Positions 10,081 to 17,762 of a stretch of 64,000 bases of DNA are shown one piece after another. Source of the DNA: an uncultured delta proteobacterium (GTDB lineage: Bacteria; Bdellovibrionota; FAC87; UBA2466). The stretch spans positions 512,001 through 576,000 of the forward strand of contig CAVZSV010000004.1 of assembly GCA_963778115.1 (NCBI GenBank). The letters run 5' to 3'. Position 1 is the stretch's first letter. Each line of letters opens with the position of its first letter. Both the position numbers and the translations under genes were made by a program. The notes beneath the pieces were generated by a model. The model saw only the letters and a program-made list of their open reading frames with translations. It had not been told where the DNA came from and made no database searches.

Positions 10081-10888
10081 AAAGCCATTAGGGTCAAATT
10101 CCGGCAATGCACAGTTGAAAAAGGAAATACTCGCGCTTGTCGGCTACAAATCGGGCTTCGATTCGGGTGCCTTGGAACTTCTTGGCGAGATCGGCCTGTT
10201 GGGAAAATGGCACCCAGAACAGAAATCCCGAATGGATCCCGGCCCCAGGGCCGCTGAAAGAGCGCAAGTTAATTCAATGATCGAGAGCATAAGCGAGACC
10301 CTTTCTAAGTTCGATACCTTAGGGGAAAACATAGTTCGAGGAATTGGTTTTCAAAACTACGAGGGGAAGTTCCTAAACCGAATCGATCGAAGAGCTTTCG
10401 AAAGACGAAACCTCCGGTATCCACCAATACCTCGCCGTTCAAAAGGATCCCTTTTAAAACGTGTGATACGGCCATTTTTTAGCGGATCTATCCGCGATCC
10501 ATTTTTCTTAACAAAATTAATCCTAACCCTATCGAAGAGAGACTTTTTGAAGCTAAGAAAGAAATATGCTTCCCTACCAACCAGGAGCGGACCGACAAAA
10601 AACGCCGAGCACTACTTAGAACAGCAGCTTTTCAAGCTTTTTGATACGTATTGCACGGATGAAGATTTCTCGCGCGAGGGAATGATTGAAAACGAATACG
10701 TGAATCGAAAAGCTAAATTCGTTTATTTATCCATGAAGACTGTAGGTGTATCCCCTCGCGACTTAGGTTCTGCAAATCGAGGAACAAAATATTCGGGGAG
10801 ATTGGGAAGAGCCGCTTTCGAGCATTCAAAAGACCCAATGTCATGGTTAACAGCCCATTCTGTACGCGTCGGAGTTATAAATAAGTAG
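10067..10888 (+). CDS. Hypothetical basic protein overlapping the integrase end
   Basis: 273-aa ORF between int and AlpA; no motif recognised. Confidence 0.6.
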   Translation: MPKPKKPLGSNSGNAQLKKEILALVGYKSGFDSGALELLGEIGLLGKWHPEQKSRMDPGPRAAERAQVNSMIESISETLSKFDTLGENIVRGIGFQNYEGKFLNRIDRRAFERRNLRYPPIPRRSKGSLLKRVIRPFFSGSIRDPFFLTKLILTLSKRDFLKLRKKYASLPTRSGPTKNAEHYLEQQLFKLFDTYCTDEDFSREGMIENEYVNRKAKFVYLSMKTVGVSPRDLGSANRGTKYSGRLGRAAFEHSKDPMSWLTAHSVRVGVINK

Positions 10889-11013
10889 CCATTACAATAC
10901 TTTGACAGTTGAACCCACCAATTTCGTTTTTTAACCGTCCGAATCGATTTTCCAAAGGCGGTAGATATCCCTACACGATCCGGAATGAACCGAATCGCTA
11001 GCGGAGATATCAC

Positions 11014-11232
11014 ATGGTACCAAAATCAATCTTCAACGAAAAAGAGGCCGCCGAATACCTGGGGCTCTCACCCTCCACATTGAGACAAAGTCGATTTCAC
11101 GGAAAAAGAGAAAAACACTTACCTCCTCCACCGTTTATCAAAGTAGGAAGGTGCATTAGATACCTAAGAAATGACCTAGACTTATGGCTAAATAAACATC
11201 GAATTGAGCAACAAGAAGGTCAGAGCCGATGA
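11014..11232 (+). CDS. AlpA/excisionase-type HTH protein
   Basis: FNEKEAAEYLGLSPSTLR..PPFIKVGRCIRYLRNDLDLWL; GGAG RBS. Confidence 0.92.
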   Translation: MVPKSIFNEKEAAEYLGLSPSTLRQSRFHGKREKHLPPPPFIKVGRCIRYLRNDLDLWLNKHRIEQQEGQSR

Positions 11233-13700
11233 AGCACATCGATGAAGCTCTATCCGAAATTAAGCAAAGAGGCTATCAACTCCAGAGCATTGAGCCAGAT
11301 GGAATTATTCACCGTTTCGGTCCGAAACTAGCGCAATGGTATGTAGCTTATGAAAATCAAAATCAGAACGGCGTCCCATACATCGTAGTGACCTATGGCG
11401 ACTGGCGCACCGAAGAAAAACTTACTTTCACTACAGGGAAGCTCGAACTAGCACCGCAAGATAGATCTCGTATCCGGGAGCAGATCGACGTAAGTAAAGT
11501 TGAAGCAGAGAAAGCACGAGAGGATTTGCAGACTGAGATTGCTATCGAATGCGAACAAAAATGGGAATCTCTGGCCGCAGAAGGAGATTCTCCCTATTTC
11601 GGCCGAAAACAAATCACGGGACCGCTCGGTGCCAGATTTGACGGACAAACAATATGCGTCCCGTGTCGAGACATTGATGGGAAAATTTGGTCTCTTCAGC
11701 ACATCAATCCGGATGGTAGCAAATATTTTTCCCGCTCGGGAAAAGTAAGAGGGCACTTTCACGTCATCGGAGACTTGGAGCACTCTTCAACGTTCTATAT
11801 AGGAGAGGGATTCGCCACTATGGCTTCGGTGCATATCGCCATGCGGCGCACATGCATCGTCGCTTTTAACTCCGGTAATCTCATCCATGTCGCGCAAACG
11901 ATAAAGGAGCGCTATCCCGATAGCCAACTCGTAATTTGTGGCGATGACGATAGATGGACAAAAAAAACCGACGGCACCTTCCACAATATAGGAAGGATTA
12001 AGGCAAAAAAAGCAGCAAAAGAGACGAAGTCGCTCGTGGTATTTCCAAAATTTTCCGATTCCACATCCAAGCCTACCGACTTTAACGACCTTTACTGCCT
12101 TGAAGGAATAGAGGCCGTCATCGAACAACTAACGCTAGATGTAGAAAATCCCACTCAAAAGGAAAAGCCACCCTCGCAAGCCACGATCCTAATCGCACTC
12201 TGCCGAACTATTGATCTGTTTCATTCGCCGGATGGAGACGCGTATGCGACATTTGAAGTCGGTAACCACAAGGAGACTTGGGCATTGAAAAGTAAGGGAT
12301 TCAGGGAATGGCTCTCGCGACAATATTACTTAAATGAACGAGCCGCCCCAAGTTCCCAGGCAATGCAGGACGCTTTAGGGGTATTGTCAGCCAAGGCAAA
12401 TTTCGATGGGGACGAGATACCGGTCTTCCTTCGAATAGCCAAGCACGAAGGAAACATTTACCTCGACCTTTGCAACGCCGATTGGGAAGTAGTTGAAATA
12501 ACCTCAACCGGATGGAATGTAATTTCTAACTCGCCGGTCAGGTTTCAAAGGTCAAAAGGAATGCTGCCCATCTCTTCCCCCGAGCACGTCGAATGCGCCA
12601 CAGGCGTCACAGAGTTACAAAGTTTCCTGAATGTGGAAACGAAAGATGACTTCATGTTGTTACTTGCCTGGTTAGTGAGTGCATACAATCCTGATGGGCC
12701 ATATCTGGTGCTCGTTTTGTATGGCGAGCAAGGTTCTGCCAAGAGCACAACCGTAAAGCTTCTGCGTTCACTGATAGACCCGCACGCTTGTCCCTTACGT
12801 CGGGAGCCACGTAACTCCGATGACCTAATGGTCTCCGCTAGGAGCAATTGGACGGTTGTGATCGATAATATGTCTCACTTACCGGATGGTTTATCGGACG
12901 ATTTCTGCCGCCTTGCCACGGGTGGGGGGCTTTCCAAGCGTCAGCACTACTCCAATGACGAAGAAATCATTTTGAATGCTAAGCGTCCGATAATCTTGAA
13001 TGGCATCGACGAATTTGTAACTCGCGGTGACCTTACCAGCCGTTCAATTACAATCAGTCTACCTTCCATCCCAGAGGCGGAACGTAAGCGTGAGGAGATA
13101 ATTAGGAAGGAATTTTCGGAAGCCCAGCAACGATTCTTAGGACTGGTCCTCAATGCAATTTCAACATCCCTGGCGAACAAGGACAAATTCGAGTTAGAGA
13201 AGGTGCCGCGTATGGCGGACGCTTGGCATTTCATCACCGCTGCTGAAACGGCCTTTGGTTGGGAGCGCGGTCTATCGCTGAAAGCATTTCTCGCGAATCA
13301 AGAGAAGGCCAACGAAGTCATTCTTAATAATTCAATCGTTTACCCCTACATTTTCGCTTTAGCAGGAGATGGCTGGGAGGGGACTGCCACAGAACTTCTC
13401 GACAGGATGAACATTATGCGGAGCGCAACTCAATGCAAAGATTATAAGACTTGGCCGACGATCCCCAAATCTTTGTCAGATCGAATTCGTAGGATCAATC
13501 CGGCTCTACGAAGCTCCGGAATCGAAGTAATCTTTGATAAGACGTCTGGCAACGATTCAAAACGAATGATTCACATCAAAAAATTATCGAACCACTGCGA
13601 CGCCAGCGACGCTTCGACGCAACCTAATCGAAATGGCGACGCATGCGTCGAACACGTCGAAAAAAAACGTGAAACTTCTGAAGAGCGATTTGACATATGA
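11229..13700 (+). CDS. Primase-helicase replication protein (TOPRIM plus P-loop ATPase)
   Basis: TOPRIM IGEGFAT, CGDDD, TDFND; Walker A GEQGSAKST; ATGA overlap with AlpA. Confidence 0.9.
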   Translation: MKHIDEALSEIKQRGYQLQSIEPDGIIHRFGPKLAQWYVAYENQNQNGVPYIVVTYGDWRTEEKLTFTTGKLELAPQDRSRIREQIDVSKVEAEKAREDLQTEIAIECEQKWESLAAEGDSPYFGRKQITGPLGARFDGQTICVPCRDIDGKIWSLQHINPDGSKYFSRSGKVRGHFHVIGDLEHSSTFYIGEGFATMASVHIAMRRTCIVAFNSGNLIHVAQTIKERYPDSQLVICGDDDRWTKKTDGTFHNIGRIKAKKAAKETKSLVVFPKFSDSTSKPTDFNDLYCLEGIEAVIEQLTLDVENPTQKEKPPSQATILIALCRTIDLFHSPDGDAYATFEVGNHKETWALKSKGFREWLSRQYYLNERAAPSSQAMQDALGVLSAKANFDGDEIPVFLRIAKHEGNIYLDLCNADWEVVEITSTGWNVISNSPVRFQRSKGMLPISSPEHVECATGVTELQSFLNVETKDDFMLLLAWLVSAYNPDGPYLVLVLYGEQGSAKSTTVKLLRSLIDPHACPLRREPRNSDDLMVSARSNWTVVIDNMSHLPDGLSDDFCRLATGGGLSKRQHYSNDEEIILNAKRPIILNGIDEFVTRGDLTSRSITISLPSIPEAERKREEIIRKEFSEAQQRFLGLVLNAISTSLANKDKFELEKVPRMADAWHFITAAETAFGWERGLSLKAFLANQEKANEVILNNSIVYPYIFALAGDGWEGTATELLDRMNIMRSATQCKDYKTWPTIPKSLSDRIRRINPALRSSGIEVIFDKTSGNDSKRMIHIKKLSNHCDASDASTQPNRNGDACVEHVEKKRETSEERFDI
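13598..13659. repeat. Iteron-like CGACGC cluster (candidate replication origin)
   Basis: CGACGC at 13598, 13607, 13615 and 13637; inverted GCGTCG at 13645; 14-bp palindrome 13637-13650. Confidence 0.5.
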
Positions 13701-14002
13701 GCGCCCACCAATTTCTTCAGGAGCTGAACAGTCTCGGCATACGGGTTAAGTCGGTGGGAGAGAATTTGAGTGTGGCAGCTCCCAAAGGCGCGGTCACAGA
13801 ATATATATTGAAAAGACTAGCCACCATGAAAAGGGAGCTTCTAGTAATTTGCCCACCGGAAATTCCGGCTCTTCCAATCGATACCGTATATTCCTTTTTG
13901 TCGGACTGCATAGAAACAACTCCGTCGGAAGGATGGAACTTTCCCGACCGGCCTAAGTACACGGTGCGCGAGCTGGCGCTTTATGCTGTGTTCTGTGAAT
14001 GA
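13697..14002 (+). CDS. Small protein with a TubC-N docking-domain-like N-terminus
   Basis: FLQELNSLGIRVKSVGENLSVAAPKGAVT..L..MKRELL pattern; ATGA coupling to the primase. Confidence 0.7.
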   Translation: MSAHQFLQELNSLGIRVKSVGENLSVAAPKGAVTEYILKRLATMKRELLVICPPEIPALPIDTVYSFLSDCIETTPSEGWNFPDRPKYTVRELALYAVFCE

Positions 14003-14198
14003 TCACGGCGGATAGGTCAGATATCTCAGTGCATTGAGGTATTCAACTATTGCGTTAGATGCTTACTGCCACACGCCAGATTTCTTCCCGGCTGGACCTG
14101 GGATGGAAGAAAAAATTACGTATGGATAGGTTTCCGATGCACGAAGCTAGGATAAAAACAGAAAGATACCGTTGTCTTCTTTTCCAATGAAAGGTTTC

Positions 14199-14810
14199 CT
14201 ATTTCGATTCTCGCTTCGAAATTTCAACTGGCTGCGTTGGTCCCGCCATCTGCCATATCTCTTCGAACCTATCTCGATACCGCTTAACAATCTCCGGATT
14301 GGCAATATAAATCTGGTTCTCGTTGTTCGCTTTGCTAGCGTGATTAGTGAAATTGAATGACCCGGTTTCGATCATCCGCCCGTCTACGATGGCAAATTTA
14401 TTGTGCATGATGCCTCGCTGCCGACCAGAACGAACATTTGCCCCTGCTTTAATCAGTAACGGCACTAAGGAATGTAGACCCTTTGCTTGGCGGGTATCCA
14501 CGATTATGCGTACCTGTAGCTTCTTAGAAGCCAGTAGGAGCTGATGCACAAGTTGGTCCAAATTTATGTCGTAGATAGCGATGTCGACGGATTTCTGTGC
14601 CATTTCGATAAACTTAATAAGCTTCAAGTCACATGGCTCTTCGGGAGAAAAACAAACTTCCCCATCTTTTGGAGGCGTAATCACTTTACTGAGGGTCCCC
14701 TCTTCCACTTTATCAACGACGCCCGCCCCATTCCCGGCAAAAGTGAGATTTGGTGACAATAGTAAGGACAGAAAGTTCAGGACGAAAAAAACAAATGATC
14801 CCATTTTCAT
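14199..14810 (-). CDS. Secreted Nuc-like phospholipase D family nuclease (single HKD)
   Basis: HNKFAIVD..TGSFNFT..NNEN; N-terminal signal peptide when started at ATG 14810 (ATGA overlap with the RHH stop). Confidence 0.9.
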   Translation of the reverse strand: MKMGSFVFFVLNFLSLLLSPNLTFAGNGAGVVDKVEEGTLSKVITPPKDGEVCFSPEEPCDLKLIKFIEMAQKSVDIAIYDINLDQLVHQLLLASKKLQVRIIVDTRQAKGLHSLVPLLIKAGANVRSGRQRGIMHNKFAIVDGRMIETGSFNFTNHASKANNENQIYIANPEIVKRYRDRFEEIWQMAGPTQPVEISKRESK

Positions 14811-15010
14811 TTTCCGCGCTCCTTCTCTATCTGTTTCCGGCTCCATATAACAAATTGATCCAGCGCTGTCTGAATAACGTCAGTCGTTGTCCATCCGTAT
14901 TCATCGGCAAGCGCGTCCAATGCCTTCATTAGGCGGACCGGTAGCCGCATTGACATCATTTTCTTTTCTCCCTGAGTAAACTCTCTTTTTGGTAGATTAA
15001 ACTTTGCCAC
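14807..15010 (-). CDS. Ribbon-helix-helix (CopG-like) regulator
   Basis: KKMMSMRLPVRLMKALDALADEYGWTTTDVIQTALDQF; AGGAG RBS. Confidence 0.85.
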   Translation of the reverse strand: MAKFNLPKREFTQGEKKMMSMRLPVRLMKALDALADEYGWTTTDVIQTALDQFVIWSRKQIEKERGK

Positions 15011-15028
15011 GTCTTCTCCTTATATAAC

Positions 15029-15091
15029 TTATCGGAATATATATACATTGTATTTACCGTATTTACAATGTATTACATATTGCGTTATAAT
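15029..15091. promoter_or_regulatory. Divergent promoter region with an operator-like inverted repeat
   Basis: Minus: TAAAT-N15-TCCGATAA (15056-15029). Plus: TTTACA-N18-TATAAT (15062-15091). Inverted repeat ATACATTGTA (15043-15052) / TACAATGTAT (15064-15073). Confidence 0.65.
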
Positions 15092-15181
15092 ACTATTAAG
15101 GGAAGACCTTGCCTATTCGCAAGTTTTCACTTCCTAACGTGAACATTGCTCAAACGCAGATAAGGGAACTGCGTATTTGCG

Positions 15182-15469
15182 GTGCATAGATTATCAGGGA
15201 AAGAAAAAGAGTTGGGCTTAAGAACTGCACATAGGCAGAATCAATATAGCGAGTTGCAAGAGCCAATATGGAGTCGAATTCGACTTCTCAGCATCAAATT
15301 GCGTGCTATCGCCTATTTGGTCGGTAACCAGTCAACCGAGGATCCGCCATTGGACTTGGAACAGATCTACATGGGGATCGGATTACTCTTGGAAGAAGTG
15401 TCGGAGGCTATGCGAGGGGCTTCCACGGAAATGGAGGTAAAGGATATTCGCTCACGGAAGAAAATCTGA
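15182..15469 (+). CDS. Hypothetical small helical protein
   Basis: 95-aa ORF downstream of a sigma70-like promoter. Confidence 0.5.
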   Translation: MHRLSGKEKELGLRTAHRQNQYSELQEPIWSRIRLLSIKLRAIAYLVGNQSTEDPPLDLEQIYMGIGLLLEEVSEAMRGASTEMEVKDIRSRKKI

Positions 15470-15673
15470 GACGTTCACTTTGAATACTTTAGAAAGTCGA
15501 TAAAGGGTGTACAAATTCAGCGAGTGCTTGCCACTCTCTAACTTCTGGTAATGCCTATAATTGAAGCCGTGTTCCACCATGTCCCATTGCGTCAGTCCCC
15601 GACGTTCACGTATTTCTCGAAGGTTAGAGGCAATTGTCTGAAGAAGTTTATTGTAGTCGCGATCTGCGCTCAC
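15452..15673 (-). CDS. XRE-family HTH regulator
   Basis: NLREIRERRGLTQ..YQKLESG..NLYTLYRLSKVFKVNVSDFL. Confidence 0.9.
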   Translation of the reverse strand: MSADRDYNKLLQTIASNLREIRERRGLTQWDMVEHGFNYRHYQKLESGKHSLNLYTLYRLSKVFKVNVSDFLP

Positions 15674-15715
15674 TTATTAATCGTGAGGCACACGACTTAT
15701 TTGTAACACGTACTA

Positions 15716-15743
15716 TAAAGTTCGTCTTAAATCAGTCCGATGG
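15716..15743 (+). promoter_or_regulatory. sigma28/FliA-like promoter
   Basis: TAAAG-N15-TCCGATGG upstream of 15762. Confidence 0.5.
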
Positions 15744-15761
15744 AGGAACAGGGCTCTTGGA

Positions 15762-16562
15762 ATGGAGTTGGATCCGATGGAGACAAAAGTGCATTCTGGT
15801 TCGAATACTAAATCACTCCTACAGTTGAAGTCTGGCTGGATTGTTACGATTTTTCTACTAGTCATAATGCTAATTTGGATTATCGCTAGTTCTCAGATGG
15901 ATGCAACCACGCTCAAGGACGCATTCTTTCAGAATGGCGTCTCTTTCGGATTTTCTAAAGAAGATAGTGCTAGTCTCGCTCTTGAAATGCAACAGAGCCT
16001 CAACTCACAAGGCTACCCCGTGGGGTGGGGAACAAGTGCACTTGTGAGTTTACCTAAAGACGTTGGGATTCGTTCAAAGGAAGCGCTAGTAAAATACGCG
16101 ATTATCGCAGGACAACTGGCTTCGATATCGAAGACCCAAGGCCAAGAAGGGGAAATATCCGCAGGCCTAGCGAGAGTAATTCATGCAATGGGCGAAGACC
16201 CGAATGGAATCGATTTTATAGACCAGCTTGCGGAACAGACACGCAGAGTTTTCAACGTAACGGGAACCCCACCAGCCGACTTTCTCCAATCGACTGATAG
16301 GACCCTTTCCTATATTCCTATAGAGTTTGTACGAACGATGAAATTACGCGGAATCGTCAACCTAATGGTTGCTGAAATTGTTTCGGGTGGAGAAAGAGAA
16401 AACGCATTCATTAAGGAATATTTCCAAAACCCACAGCTCCGGGAACGACTTGATAGAATGGGTTTCAAAGGGATCTTCGGAGGCGAAAAAGGCTTCGACG
16501 CTGATAAATTCAGATCGCTCGCTAATCGGGTTCTTGTCAAAACGGACCATCGTGAGAAATAG
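15762..16562 (+). CDS. Membrane-anchored hypothetical protein with a tape-measure-like helical domain
   Basis: One N-terminal TM segment (WIVTIFLLVIMLIWIIA), then an Ala/Gly/Gln-rich helical region; tape-measure resemblance judged by eye only. Confidence 0.55.
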   Translation: MELDPMETKVHSGSNTKSLLQLKSGWIVTIFLLVIMLIWIIASSQMDATTLKDAFFQNGVSFGFSKEDSASLALEMQQSLNSQGYPVGWGTSALVSLPKDVGIRSKEALVKYAIIAGQLASISKTQGQEGEISAGLARVIHAMGEDPNGIDFIDQLAEQTRRVFNVTGTPPADFLQSTDRTLSYIPIEFVRTMKLRGIVNLMVAEIVSGGERENAFIKEYFQNPQLRERLDRMGFKGIFGGEKGFDADKFRSLANRVLVKTDHREK

Positions 16563-16586
16563 AGACCAATCATCTTATTCAATGCG

Positions 16587-16808
16587 TTATTCAGTTTCGG
16601 ATGCAAATTGGTCGATTTCTCGACGTAGTTCTCGTAAGAACTGGCTCATCGCCATACGTTCCGAATTAGCCTTATAGGCGATGGTTGAGTTTCCACGTTT
16701 GTGCAAGCCTCGTGCGATTCCTACAAGGATTTCGAATACTGTATCCAATTGCCCCTCAACTCTTGCGAACTGCGCTTTCATTTCCCTTTGAATTTGTCCT
16801 TTATTCAC
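16587..16808 (-). CDS. Hypothetical small protein
   Basis: GTG at 16808 preceded by AAGGAG; directly downstream of the TerS-like gene. Confidence 0.55.
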   Translation of the reverse strand: MNKGQIQREMKAQFARVEGQLDTVFEILVGIARGLHKRGNSTIAYKANSERMAMSQFLRELRREIDQFASETE

Positions 16809-16827
16809 GATGGTGTCTCTCCTTGAA

Positions 16828-17181
16828 TTAGCTAGGCCCAGGAATAGTCGGTCCAGGCGGATAGTCGTATTCAACGAATGTATCTGGGGAGGAATCACTC
16901 ACGTTCCAAATTATCTTAACCGTCGCTGGGGGAGCTTCCTGCTTAACCGCTTCCTGCTCGACGAAGGGTCTTCTTTTCGGAAAGAGGTAAGCCATAAGCT
17001 CAATCAATATGTCGGCTTGCTTTTCCTTTGAAAGGTCGGGAAGAAGCTGAATTAGTCGACTTGGTACGTTAAAACTAAGCTCCTCCAGTGCCTGACTTAG
17101 AAGTTCAGATTTATGGTTTGGAGAACCTTTACGCCTTCCACTTCCTAGTGGCTTCCTCTGGCCAAGCTGAAACTTACCCAT
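16828..17181 (-). CDS. Terminase small subunit-like protein
   Basis: MGKFQLGQRKPLGSGRRKGSPNHK N-terminus (F..G....GR.KGS.N) and LMAYLFPKRR, typical of small TerS-like phage proteins. Confidence 0.6.
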   Translation of the reverse strand: MGKFQLGQRKPLGSGRRKGSPNHKSELLSQALEELSFNVPSRLIQLLPDLSKEKQADILIELMAYLFPKRRPFVEQEAVKQEAPPATVKIIWNVSDSSPDTFVEYDYPPGPTIPGPS

Positions 17182-17266
17182 ACCGCTATCTTGCACTACT
17201 TTAGTGGACGCTTCTATGGAAACCTGGCCTGCCAAGGTCCAATTGCAGAAAATAAGATTTCTTGAG

Positions 17267-17294
17267 TGAAGACTTCTTGGGTGAAGTCCGATTA
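17267..17294 (+). promoter_or_regulatory. sigma28/FliA-like promoter
   Basis: TGAAG-N15-TCCGATTA, 6 bp before the ATG at 17301. Confidence 0.4.
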
Positions 17295-17300
17295 GAGTGA

Positions 17301-17699
17301 ATGGCAAAACAAAAGAAGAATCAGAATCGTTTACGGCGCAGCGTTTCACGCAGCTTGAAGGACTGTGGTTTTACGGTGACGGAGCGAAAAAAACTGCCCG
17401 GTGCGACAAAAACGGCAGGCGTTGACGTAATTGCGAAACGTAACAAGAGCTTTTATTTAGTTGCACGTTTTCAAGAACGAGCCGGTACTGCCGAACAAAA
17501 AATCCCATATTTGTTTCTGCGTCTTGAGGAATTACTGGCGCGAGATAGGAAAATCAGACGAGCCTTCGTCGTTTTGGGAGGAGGTGGATGGACACTCCTT
17601 TCCTACTTTAGAGGAGTGTTGCGACGGCTTCACTCAAATCGTAAGATTGTTCTCGTAAAGCAAGCGGACTTATCGAAGTATCTCAAGAAAGCGGCATAG
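17301..17699 (+). CDS. PD-(D/E)XK-fold protein (PDDEXK_11-like), catalytic motif apparently degenerate
   Basis: VDVIA..LVARFQERAGTAEQKIPYL..FVVLGGGGW; the usual ExK position reads VAR. Confidence 0.7.
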   Translation: MAKQKKNQNRLRRSVSRSLKDCGFTVTERKKLPGATKTAGVDVIAKRNKSFYLVARFQERAGTAEQKIPYLFLRLEELLARDRKIRRAFVVLGGGGWTLLSYFRGVLRRLHSNRKIVLVKQADLSKYLKKAA

Positions 17700-17762
17700 G
17701 CAGACCCGCTTCGATTTTTGGAGTAATCGCGCCACCAAGCTGATCCATCGCCGAGAAATGAC

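Noticed and set aside
14199..15010. Classical type II toxin-antitoxin pair
   Set aside because: The nuclease carries a signal peptide, so a cytoplasmic RHH is unlikely to neutralise it directly
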